From Candidatus Saccharimonadota bacterium (GTDB lineage Bacteria; Patescibacteriota; Patescibacteriia; 2-12-FULL-60-25), in NCBI GenBank assembly GCA_023898425.1, contig CP060222.1:480001-512000 (forward strand): DNA of 32,000 bases. Reading direction: 5' to 3'. The notes beneath the pieces were generated by a model. The model was given only the letters and a program-made list of their open reading frames with translations, was not told the DNA's origin and did no database searches. How positions within the stretch are numbered: the first letter of the stretch is position 1; each line of letters opens with the position of its first letter. A program made the position numbers and the translations under genes. Of this stretch, positions 16,754 to 23,840 are shown one piece after another.

Positions 16754-18136
16754 ATGTCCTTTTCAAGCAAGATTCTATTGGCGTTTTGCGCCTTCGTTGC
16801 CCTCATGGGCTGCGAAAGTCGCAGAGTAGATGTCTACATCCATGAAGCAACCGGCTGTGAGTCCGACGCGGACTGCGACGCCGTCTATGGCGGTGACACG
16901 TTCACCTGGTGCGACATGGAGGCCGGCAACGGCACCTGTCACTACGAAACGTACTACGAGTACGAGATTCCGAATTGCTACAGCGATCTGGACTGCGACG
17001 ACGGTGACAGCACCTCATCCGACACGTGTAACGCTAATGGGTGTACGCACGTGATCCGTGAAGTCGAAGTCATCGAGGTTTCGGCTCCTTCCGAAGGAGC
17101 CAACATCACCGCAACATTTGCCACCGAAGGACGGCTCACGATCGTCGACGGAAACACCTGGGGTCACCTCGGCGATCTCACCATCACGGCCAATAACACC
17201 ATTGGACGACGCCAAATCCTTGGCATCGTCTTCAGTGGCGCGAACGCCGGCGCGTGGTCGGGAGTTGCTCTGGCGCAAAACGGAGCGGTCGTGAATACGG
17301 CCGTTCCGGTGTCCACCGGCTCCTTTCGAAGCAGTATCGTCTTCAACTTCGACAGCCTCTTCCTAGCGGCTGGCGAAACGATGACCTACCAAGTCTGGGG
17401 CAAGACGGACGAGACGTATTTCACCTCGACGTCGAGGTCGGATCCGACCGTCTCGCTCTCACTCGATGGCTTGCGTATGAATGGCAACGCAGAAGATATC
17501 ATCGTCTCTGAAGAGAGCGGTACCTTCTGGACCATGCTACGCAAAACCAAGCCCACGGTGACGCGCCAAGCGCTCGCAACCACGACGCTCGGCAATACGA
17601 CACAGGATCTGTACAGAATGCAGATCAGTGCCGACGCCCATGGCTCGGTCGAGGTGCATAGCCTCGCCTTCGAGCTCGACGGCAACTCGACAAATCTCGC
17701 ACTATCACACTTCGAAGTCCGCGTCGGCAGCCAACCGCTCCCTCCCAGCGACTACACCGTTCGCGGCGAGGTTGGACTCACCGACTATAGGACGAGCGGA
17801 CTAGCGTTGGGAGATGGAGCTATTCTCATCATCCACTTCATCAATCCGCAAATTGTGACGGGTTCGGGAGTGGTTCTGACGCTCAGCGCCACTATCTCTG
17901 GTACACAGAGCGGCGATCAGGTCACGATCCGCCCCTATACCAGTGCGCCTTGGGGACACGTCGCAAGCGGATGGATGAATGCCGCCGGACGTCTCGTCTT
18001 CTCGAGCGAGGAGGTCTATACCTCTTCAATCGTCTGGCGTGACGGTGCCCATAACTTCAGCGACACGCTTGGTCACTGGGCTTACGGCGACTACGATATC
18101 TTGGACCTTACTCAGGTCCAAGTACTGACCCGCTAG
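16754..18136 (+). CDS. Lipoprotein-like surface protein, paralogue 1 (two 4-Cys modules plus a large beta-rich C-terminal region)
   Basis: The ATG at 16754 is preceded by AGAGGG with a 5-nt spacer; an alternative in-frame ATG is at 16724. MSFSSKILLAFCAFVALMGC is a signal peptide with a lipobox-like LMGC. The Cys modules are C-x5-C-x11-C-x8-C and C-x5-C-x10-C-x4-C. About 360 aa rich in Thr/Ser/Gly/Val follow. I recognise no known domain. Confidence 0.75.
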   Translation: MSFSSKILLAFCAFVALMGCESRRVDVYIHEATGCESDADCDAVYGGDTFTWCDMEAGNGTCHYETYYEYEIPNCYSDLDCDDGDSTSSDTCNANGCTHVIREVEVIEVSAPSEGANITATFATEGRLTIVDGNTWGHLGDLTITANNTIGRRQILGIVFSGANAGAWSGVALAQNGAVVNTAVPVSTGSFRSSIVFNFDSLFLAAGETMTYQVWGKTDETYFTSTSRSDPTVSLSLDGLRMNGNAEDIIVSEESGTFWTMLRKTKPTVTRQALATTTLGNTTQDLYRMQISADAHGSVEVHSLAFELDGNSTNLALSHFEVRVGSQPLPPSDYTVRGEVGLTDYRTSGLALGDGAILIIHFINPQIVTGSGVVLTLSATISGTQSGDQVTIRPYTSAPWGHVASGWMNAAGRLVFSSEEVYTSSIVWRDGAHNFSDTLGHWAYGDYDILDLTQVQVLTR

Positions 18137-18155
18137 TCAGCCCGACAACTCACTA

Positions 18156-18198
18156 CCCCCACCCTCTGATTTCCGTTCTGGAATGACGAGGGTGGGGG
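18156..18198 (+). repeat. GC-rich hairpin element, copy 1 of 3
   Basis: CCCCCACCCTC (18156-66) pairs perfectly with GAGGGTGGGGG (18188-98) around a 21-nt loop (tgatttccgttctggaatgac) that contains an inner TTCC/GGAA pair. It lies 20 nt after the paralogue 1 stop. Confidence 0.8.
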
Positions 18199-18280
18199 AT
18201 CAGTAATGAAGGCTTTACAACGATGTAGAGCTTTCATCTCTGGTTTCAATGCCGTTTCACGGCAGAAAGTTAAGGTTTAT

Positions 18281-19646
18281 ATGTCCTTTTACAGGTTCGC
18301 CCTCATGTTCTGCGCCCTTACCATTGGCTGCAATAGTGCTCCTATGGAGGAATTCATCCATGAGTCGGCAGGATGTCAAACAAGTGAAGACTGCGACCTA
18401 CAGTACGGGCCCAATACCCGTATTTGGTGCACCGTTAGCACGGATGGCGGCACCTGCCACTATCAAACATCCTTTGATCGTGAAGCTCCAGGCTGTGTAA
18501 GCGACCAAGACTGCGATGACAGCGACCCGATATCTCTGGATTCATGTGAAGCAAACGGCTGTAGACATGTTTTTTCTGGGCTCGAAATTTATTTCGAGCC
18601 CATTAGTAGCGTCCTGACTAGCAATAGCGAGGTGTGGCAGAAAATCGGTACGGTCACACTCGTCAGCGCTATCACGCGTCGTATCGACTACCTGGCTCTA
18701 AATTCAGTTGTAATGGATCTTGAGACAGGTACCGGTATTGTTGACACAGCCTTTGTAGGAGATCGAATTTTTGATTCTTTTGCACTCGCGCAGGAAGGTA
18801 ACGTTCGCGTGACAGCCCCAAATACGGGCCTTAACCGAGTTGAGTTCTTCACGCCAGATTTCTTCGTGGAGCTAGCCCCTGGGCATTCCGCATCCTTAGA
18901 GCTCTGGGCTAAGGTCAACCCTTCCTACCACGCCATCTTCCCTGATGACGGTGTGGCGGCACGAGTCACCCTTGCGGCGATCAGTGATCGCAATGGCCAA
19001 ACCTTCTACGGGAATCCGTTCTCTCGTCCGTCGGTGAGTGTGATTCATCGCAGCAAGCCTAGCCTATTGAGGCAGGCCATCGCAACAACGAGGATCAGCA
19101 ATGGTCCACAGCAAGATCTCTACCGGGTGCAAATCACTGCCGATCCAAATGGACCCGTTCGTGTTTACTCACTGAACTTTATCCTCAACGGATCTACGCT
19201 CGGCGGAACGGTCGGAAACTTCTCTCTAAGGAGAGGGCGGTCCAAATTCCCAACGAGGATGCAGAGATCGTCTATTGGGCCCACGAATCCGGTGAGTGGG
19301 TAAAAACGAGCCTTGCTTCTGGAATAGAAGTGTCACCTAGTGATACGGAGTTCTGGATCAACGTGATCTTTCGGGAGCCGTTGATCATCACGAGCAGCGG
19401 CATCGTTCTAACTCTCTCGGCTTCTACATCTGGTTTTGTAGATGGAGACTCGCTGAGCACGACAATTGAGGAGTAGGGCTCGATGGTGTTTGTGGAACAG
19501 ACGGTACTATCGTCCGCGGTCCCGACACCAATCCGATCGTCTGGCGCACTTCTGCCATCGTATGGGACGATTTCGGAATGAATGGTTCCTGCTTCGGCAC
19601 AACTTCTATCGGGACCCTCACATGGGTCACAACGCTGACCCGCTAG
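18281..19646 (+). pseudogene. Lipoprotein-like surface protein, paralogue 2; frame broken twice as written
   Basis: The ATG at 18281 gives MSFYRFALMFCALTIGC, and Cys-module spacing matches paralogue 1. Track ORF 18206..19303 stops being homologous after ...VGNFSL (~19227). The next frame reads KERAVQIPNEDAEIVYWAHESGEW...LTLSASTSGFVDGDSLSTTIEE up to 19476. A third frame reads GVGLDGVCGTDGTIVRGPDTNPIVWRTSAIVWDDFG...TWVTTLTR with its stop at 19644-46. All three pieces align with paralogue 1, including the shared terminal LTR. Confidence 0.7.
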
Positions 19647-19667
19647 TCAGCCCAACAACTCTGAAGA

Positions 19668-19710
19668 CCCCCACCCTCCGATTTCTGTTCTGGAATGACG
19701 AGGGTGGGGG
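19668..19710 (+). repeat. GC-rich hairpin element, copy 2 of 3
   Basis: The same 11-bp stem: CCCCCACCCTC at 19668-78 and GAGGGTGGGGG at 19700-10. The loop differs from copy 1 at two positions. Confidence 0.8.
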
Positions 19711-19789
19711 ATCAGCAATGAAGGCTTTACATGGTAGTAGAGCTTTCATCTCTGGTTTAACGCCGTTTCACGGCAGAAAGAGGGTTCGA

Positions 19790-20560
19790 ATGTCCTTTTC
19801 CAGCAAGCTTTTCCTGGCGCTTTGCGCCGCGTTCGCCCTCATGGGCTGCCAGGACCACCGGGTGGATGTCTACATCCACGAGGATACGGGCTGTCAGTCC
19901 GACGCGGACTGCGACGAGGCGTATGGCGATGACACGATCGCCTCGTGCATCCAAGAGACGGGCGCTTGTCGCTACGTCACGACAAACGTGACGGAGGTCG
20001 AAGCACCTCCTTGCTTCACCGATGCAGAGTATGCTGACGACAACGCGTCGTCGGCAGACACCTGCGACGAAGGCACTTGTATTCATACCGTCCGTCTGGG
20101 CGGTGTGAGCACAATCGTGTTCGGCACGCAAAGGATGTACGGGGAGTATGCCGCTCCCTATGTTTCGTCGACAACAATCTCGACGGAGATCGAGTCCCCG
20201 CAGCTATTGGGGACGTTCCAGATCATCAATGATTCTGGAAGCGAGTTCGTCATCGACGAACTCGACTTCGGCGCAACGACCGCCCTCGGCCACTGTGCCG
20301 AGGTAACAGCCGACTATCGGTACTACACAGAATTTGTGTACGAACCGATAGAGGGACTGGAGCTTAGCGAGGAAGGCCTCATCCTGAACTTCGACGCCGT
20401 GTCAATCCCGGCATCCGAGATGGTCTGGATTGGCCTTTACTGCCGCGTGAACGCGGCAACAGAGGCCGCTGAGGCGGTACTTTTCACTCCGCGCTGGGAG
20501 TGGAACCCTGACATCCCCGTGTACACGGACAGCGCGCCTGTCATCGTGTACTTCAACTAA
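19790..20560 (+). CDS. Lipoprotein-like surface protein, paralogue 3 (short form with an unrelated C-terminal half)
   Basis: The ATG at 19790 follows AGAGGGTTCGA, as for paralogue 1. MSFSSKLFLALCAAFALMGC is the signal/lipobox-like sequence. The first Cys module is conserved; the second has Tyr in place of its second Cys (PCFTDAEYADD). The C-terminal ~150 aa do not resemble paralogues 1 or 2. Track ORF 19466..20560 carries a spurious 5' extension. Confidence 0.75.
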   Translation: MSFSSKLFLALCAAFALMGCQDHRVDVYIHEDTGCQSDADCDEAYGDDTIASCIQETGACRYVTTNVTEVEAPPCFTDAEYADDNASSADTCDEGTCIHTVRLGGVSTIVFGTQRMYGEYAAPYVSSTTISTEIESPQLLGTFQIINDSGSEFVIDELDFGATTALGHCAEVTADYRYYTEFVYEPIEGLELSEEGLILNFDAVSIPASEMVWIGLYCRVNAATEAAEAVLFTPRWEWNPDIPVYTDSAPVIVYFN

Positions 20561-20567
20561 CTTCGAG

Positions 20568-20610
20568 CCCCCACCCTCCGATTTCCGTTCTGGAATGACG
20601 AGGGTGGGGG
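20568..20610 (+). repeat. GC-rich hairpin element, copy 3 of 3; probably also the array terminator
   Basis: The same stem (20568-78 / 20600-10), 8 nt after the paralogue 3 stop. Only this copy is followed by a T-rich tail (atttctattattt). Confidence 0.8.
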
Positions 20611-20652
20611 ATTTCTATTATTTAAATATATGTATTAACGTCAACAACTTAC

Positions 20653-20681
20653 TTGACAAAATGACTATTCTATGGTATTAT
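20653..20681 (+). promoter_or_regulatory. Strong promoter giving an apparently leaderless mRNA
   Basis: TTGACA (20653-58), a 17-nt spacer ending in TGG, then TATTAT (20676-81). The ATG at 20688 lies only 6 nt after the -10 box. Confidence 0.6.
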
Positions 20682-20687
20682 ATTGCC

Positions 20688-21251
20688 ATGAATAAATACT
20701 TGTCATCCCTATCTTTGGCTATTATCGGTACATTAACGATTAGCTCACAAGCGCTTGCAGCGCCAGGTGTTGTGTATAAAAAACGTTTGTCATTACCAAC
20801 TGTTCCAACATCTATTATCTCACAAGCGGAGAAGTCCTTGTGGCGTCTCCCGACAGAAAAAAGCACAAAACTTGGTCAGCCAGTATTTGAAAACTTTACG
20901 AATCTAAAAACAAATCCTCCTGTTTTTATAGGTGAAAAAGACTGTTCGGGCGTCACGTATCGCGCATGGTCTGTAACCGTTGATTTAGAGACGGAAAGAA
21001 AAAATCATCCGACGTTACTTCCTTATTCTCGTTATTATAAAGATGCAGACGGTATTTACGAGCAACAGAAATATCTTTTTGAAGCAAGAACACCCGAGGA
21101 GGTGAAATGGCATATTGATACAACGAAAAATGTTCGCTACTCAACGGAGCCATTCTTTTCTTGTAGAAACAAAGACGTTGTCTTGGAGTACTCTGTAAGA
21201 GATTTAGAGAGTGAGCGTCCATACTACGCACCAAGATTTTTAAAACCGTAA
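20688..21251 (+). CDS. Secreted Tyr-rich hypothetical protein, N-terminal fragment (frame lost at 21237-21245)
   Basis: The ATG at 20688 inside track ORF 20595..21251 gives MNKYLSSLSLAIIGTLTISSQALAAP, a signal peptide with an A-x-A cleavage site. No known domain. Confidence 0.65.
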   Translation: MNKYLSSLSLAIIGTLTISSQALAAPGVVYKKRLSLPTVPTSIISQAEKSLWRLPTEKSTKLGQPVFENFTNLKTNPPVFIGEKDCSGVTYRAWSVTVDLETERKNHPTLLPYSRYYKDADGIYEQQKYLFEARTPEEVKWHIDTTKNVRYSTEPFFSCRNKDVVLEYSVRDLESERPYYAPRFLKP

Positions 21252-21409
21252 ATTATAACGGCTTTGCAAATTCAAATTCTTGGAATACAGGAGCTGCGCA
21301 AATTCCTAATAACTACAATACGGAGTCTGTTATCGTTGACGGTATTAAGCAATATCCTGGGCAGTTAACGGTAGGATACACTAGCTATCAAACTACTGGC
21401 GACAGTAGA

Positions 21410-21931
21410 GTGATGTCAGCGGACGTAAAAAACGGTTTTCATCTCCATACATTGCCTCATTATCGAGACCTCACACAGATTACACAAAGTGATACCAAAG
21501 TAATTTACGCGAACTTCTACCGCTTATCTGACGGCTATGGTGTTGTTGAAACAACATATGACTATACAGTGGACAGAGCTGCGCCAAAGATCACCTATTA
21601 TCGTATTCGCAATGGTGAGGCCCGTTATTCTGTTGTAGATTCTTTGCCATTCGAGAGTCGCTCCGTGATTATCACGTACGATAAAGGTGTCACGATGTTT
21701 TCAGGTGCTAAGACCCTTGAAAGCTACTACCTTGGCTACCCATACTTTGGCAAAACTGACGCCTACTTGATTCACGGTATAGCTTCTGGTCATCTTGGCC
21801 CTGAAGCCGTTTACCAAGTAATCCCGTCAATCCTCTGGGAAACCGATGCTCAAGTGTATACACGTTACATGATCACTGATCGTATCACAGGCAAACAACA
21901 GTATTGGGAAGCAACAGTGAATAAACAATAA
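21410..21931 (+). CDS. Continuation of the secreted Tyr-rich protein (C-terminal fragment)
   Basis: This frame is already open from 21215. Upstream of the track start it reads KTVNYNGFANSNSWNTGAAQIPNNYNTESVIVDGIKQYPGQLTVGYTSYQTTGDSR. It joins the previous ORF if one base is restored in the T5A4 run at 21237-21245. The composition is the same (Tyr/Thr/Asn rich). Confidence 0.6.
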   Translation: MMSADVKNGFHLHTLPHYRDLTQITQSDTKVIYANFYRLSDGYGVVETTYDYTVDRAAPKITYYRIRNGEARYSVVDSLPFESRSVIITYDKGVTMFSGAKTLESYYLGYPYFGKTDAYLIHGIASGHLGPEAVYQVIPSILWETDAQVYTRYMITDRITGKQQYWEATVNKQ

Positions 21932-21956
21932 AAAAAATTAATTTGTGAAAACAAAA

Positions 21957-21988
21957 ACTCCTCCGATATTTTTCGGAGGAGTTTTTTG
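21957..21988 (+). terminator. Rho-independent terminator
   Basis: ACTCCTCCGA-tatttt-TCGGAGGAGT: a perfect 10-bp stem flanked by an A-run upstream and TTTTTT downstream. Confidence 0.8.
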
Positions 21989-22053
21989 TCCACACAATTT
22001 TTCTGAAGAGAAATTTTTTCATGTTAAAATTCTTTTTGTCGAAAGGAGAAATT

Positions 22054-22461
22054 GTGACGCGATATCAGCGCAAACCTACGAGCTCAATTCTTCCAACGTC
22101 ACACTCTGACATTGGCGCGCCGATATCAAGCAAAGATTCAGGCGTTGCAAAAATTGCACTCTATAAAGTACATGTTCTTATTCTTCACGAGAATACAACG
22201 CCGCAATATTGTACAGGCAAGCTCTATATTAGACATGGACACTACCAACTTGAGTCTCATTTCTTTTTTACCTCTCTCGACATCGAACTTGATTCGTTGC
22301 CGGTGGTGAGCCTAGAAAGAAAACTAACAAGTGGTATCGGTGCACGCTATGAACATATCGACGACCTCGGTGAAAAACATCAAGCGCGTGTTATGATCTT
22401 TGACACGTCCGAAAATGCTATGACCTGGCAAAACGATTTTCTTTGTAAGACTTCACACTGA
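22054..22461 (+). CDS. Hypothetical protein
   Basis: The track ORF is 22021..22461. The GTG at 22054 is preceded by AAAGGAGAA with a 6-nt spacing, the best SD in this block. The 135-aa product has no recognisable domain or signal peptide. Confidence 0.5.
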   Translation: MTRYQRKPTSSILPTSHSDIGAPISSKDSGVAKIALYKVHVLILHENTTPQYCTGKLYIRHGHYQLESHFFFTSLDIELDSLPVVSLERKLTSGIGARYEHIDDLGEKHQARVMIFDTSENAMTWQNDFLCKTSH

Positions 22462-22488
22462 GAGAGCGCGACAAACGCTCTCTTTCTT
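22461..22488 (+). terminator. Rho-independent terminator
   Basis: AGAGAGCG-cgacaaa-CGCTCTCT followed by TTCTT. It overlaps the stop codon. Confidence 0.6.
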
Positions 22489-22489
22489 A

Positions 22490-22518
22490 TTGACAAAAGC
22501 GTTGAATAAAGGTAATAG
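22490..22518 (+). promoter_or_regulatory. Candidate promoter of the pentapeptide-repeat gene
   Basis: TTGACA (22490-95, the same TTGACAAAAG context as at 16649), a 17-nt spacer, then TAATAG (22513-18). Confidence 0.4.
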
Positions 22519-22553
22519 ATTATAGACAAGCGTTTCCCCGAAAGGGCGGTGTC

Positions 22554-22940
22554 ATGGGCCAACGAGGCAGTAAATATGAGTTTTACTTTAACTTGCTCGA
22601 CCAAGGAGTTCCTGCCTGGAATACCTGGCGCAAAGATCATCCAGACAAGATTATTGATCTATCTGGGGCAAATCTTAACTACCTAGATCTAAGCAAGGTA
22701 AACTTCTCAAAAGTGAACCTCGACAATGCACGTTTTCAAGGTACAAACTTTAGAGATGCTGACTTTCAGCTATCATCGTTACGTTTCGTCAATATCTATC
22801 GCTGTACGCTTGATGGTGCAAATTTTTATGGCGTTAAGTCGTCTTTTGTCACTATTGTTGATACTTCACTTGCTACTGTTCAAGGCAAAGAATTTCTCAA
22901 TGGTGCACTTTGTCGAACGTCACGTTCTTCTATGCTTTAA
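22554..22940 (+). CDS. Pentapeptide repeat protein
   Basis: 128 aa. The N-terminal GVPAWNTWRKDHPDKIIDLSGANL is typical of this family. Tandem A(D/N)LxX-type pentads follow: ANLNYLDLSKVNFSKVNLDNARFQGTNFRDADFQLSSLRFVNIYRCTLDGANFYG. Confidence 0.75.
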   Translation: MGQRGSKYEFYFNLLDQGVPAWNTWRKDHPDKIIDLSGANLNYLDLSKVNFSKVNLDNARFQGTNFRDADFQLSSLRFVNIYRCTLDGANFYGVKSSFVTIVDTSLATVQGKEFLNGALCRTSRSSML

Positions 22941-22950
22941 TCCTGACAAG

Positions 22951-22977
22951 ACGGATGCCTCCTGCATCCGTTTTATT
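22951..22977 (+). terminator. Rho-independent terminator after the pentapeptide-repeat gene
   Basis: ACGGATGC-ctcct-GCATCCGT followed by TTTATT, 10 nt after the stop. Confidence 0.65.
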
Positions 22978-23073
22978 GTTCTCAATAGTGTAGACAAAAA
23001 CATCAAAATCAGTTACTGTCTTGCCTGCTGCAAAAATGTGGCCGGTTCCTAAATCAAATAGAAAAGGTGATGT

Positions 23074-23409
23074 GTGAGTCGTCTTATTCTCCCAATCTAC
23101 ACAGTCGTTGATAATGGCGAAGATTCTGATGTCACCATTGGTGTATTCAGATCTTTCGAGAAACAAGCTACTCTGACGATTAAGCCTGCGCACAATGGAG
23201 AGCCTTTTATCCTCGATATCAGCCAACCCAAAGCCTTCTTGCAACGGCTCGTTGATCACAAGGCAATCTTTTTGCGACAACCAATAAAGGACGAGCCTCT
23301 TAAGTTATTTGCTCTACAAATATTTTCTGACGAGAGTACGGCAAAGAAAGCTCTTGCTGATAAAATGCTTTCGACGGTTGATGCTCATAGCGACCCAGCT
23401 CACGCTTAA
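23074..23409 (+). CDS. Hypothetical protein
   Basis: The GTG at 23074 has AAGGTG 4 nt upstream. The ORF is bracketed by plus-strand terminators at 22951 and 23426. It contains two similar segments, VTIGVFRSFEKQA and LQIFSDESTAKKAL. A mutually exclusive minus-strand ORF (22930..23280) exists; see the rejected list. Confidence 0.45.
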   Translation: MSRLILPIYTVVDNGEDSDVTIGVFRSFEKQATLTIKPAHNGEPFILDISQPKAFLQRLVDHKAIFLRQPIKDEPLKLFALQIFSDESTAKKALADKMLSTVDAHSDPAHA

Positions 23410-23425
23410 CGAGCAAAATCTACTG

Positions 23426-23456
23426 ACAGCGCACAACTCGTGCGCTGTTTCTCTTT
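23426..23456 (+). terminator. Rho-independent terminator
   Basis: ACAGCGCAC-aactc-GTGCGCTGT followed by TTCTCTTTCT. Confidence 0.6.
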
Positions 23457-23484
23457 CTAGATTCTTTTTCTTTCTCTGCAATGT

Positions 23485-23493
23485 TGCTATACT
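23485..23493 (+). promoter_or_regulatory. Extended -10 box TGCTATACT, 8 nt before an ATG (leaderless layout)
   Basis: TGCTATACT lies at 23485-93 and the ATG at 23502. Confidence 0.45.
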
Positions 23494-23501
23494 CTTTTCA
23501 T

Positions 23502-23840
23502 ATGTACATTTCTCTTCAAGATCTTTTACTTATTGCTGGCATCGTCTCTTTGTTGTTTGTTGCTGGTTTTTTAAGCTGGACACTCTATGAAGCAGCGCGT
23601 CTACTTCGTAACGTAAACTATATTGCAAATATTATCCGCCGAGGCACAGAAAAAGCAGAAGACCTTGTAAATCTCGTTGGCGATAAGCTTACTGGTCTTG
23701 CTGGATACTCAGGTATGGCAGCAAAAGCAGGGGAGAAGGTGCTTGGATATATCATGGACCATATGGAGACAGACTCCGCGCCAACAAAAAAAAGAGCCAA
23801 AAGAAAGATGCCAAGTCTAACGGATTTAGATGAGGAGTAA
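23502..23840 (+). CDS. Small membrane-anchored protein with a helical C-terminal part (YtxH/DUF948-like by appearance only)
   Basis: The ATG at 23502 inside track ORF 23481..23840 gives MYISLQDLLLIAGIVSLLFVAGFLSW, an N-terminal TM helix. An Ala/Lys/Glu-rich segment follows, then the basic tail KKRAKRKMPSLTDLDEE. Confidence 0.55.
   Translation: MYISLQDLLLIAGIVSLLFVAGFLSWTLYEAARLLRNVNYIANIIRRGTEKAEDLVNLVGDKLTGLAGYSGMAAKAGEKVLGYIMDHMETDSAPTKKRAKRKMPSLTDLDEE

Noticed and set aside
16746-16755. GGGTTCGAAT (also at 19782-19791) resembles a tRNA T-loop, suggesting a tRNA gene or an attachment-site remnant at the island edge
   Set aside because: The flanking bases do not form a T-stem (GAGGG ... 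GTCCT is not complementary). No acceptor, D or anticodon arms can be drawn. The motif overlaps the SD/ATG of the lipoprotein genes, which explains its conservation.
16754-19646. Diversity-generating retroelement targeting the variable C-termini of paralogues 1 and 2
   Set aside because: There is no reverse transcriptase in the window. There is no template/variable repeat pair with adenine-specific mismatches. The divergence is spread along the whole proteins rather than confined to a ~100-nt 3' patch.
19466-19789. The upstream part of track ORF 19466..20560, and likewise 20595-20687 and 18206-18280, as genuine N-terminal extensions
   Set aside because: 19466-19646 is out-of-frame read-through of the paralogue 2 3' end, and the remainder crosses the hairpin element. 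20595-20687 crosses the hairpin and the promoter. For 18206 and 19718 an upstream in-frame ATG remains possible; this is noted in the intergenic-module finding.
18125-19792. The conserved intergenic modules as integron attC sites, with the array as gene cassettes
   Set aside because: No intI integrase or attI is in the window. An inverse-core-like GCCCAAC is present in only one copy (the other has GCCCGAC), and no complementary GTTRRRY partner is correctly placed. Each gene has its own SD, and the genes are paralogues rather than unrelated cassettes.
18156-20610. Three near-identical 43-nt repeats at regular spacing: a CRISPR array?
   Set aside because: There are only three copies, about 1.5 kb and 0.9 kb apart. 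They are separated by full-length protein-coding genes rather than 30-40-nt spacers. The repeats are long perfect palindromes with 21-nt loops, and no cas genes are in the window.
22930-23280. A 116-aa minus-strand ORF antisense to the 23074..23409 gene
   Set aside because: It has no ATG anywhere, so it would need a TTG start. Its 3' end is built from the plus-strand terminator hairpin of the pentapeptide gene (22951-22977). The plus-strand ORF, by contrast, is bracketed by two plus-strand terminators and has an SD-like AAGGTG. I cannot exclude it without expression data.
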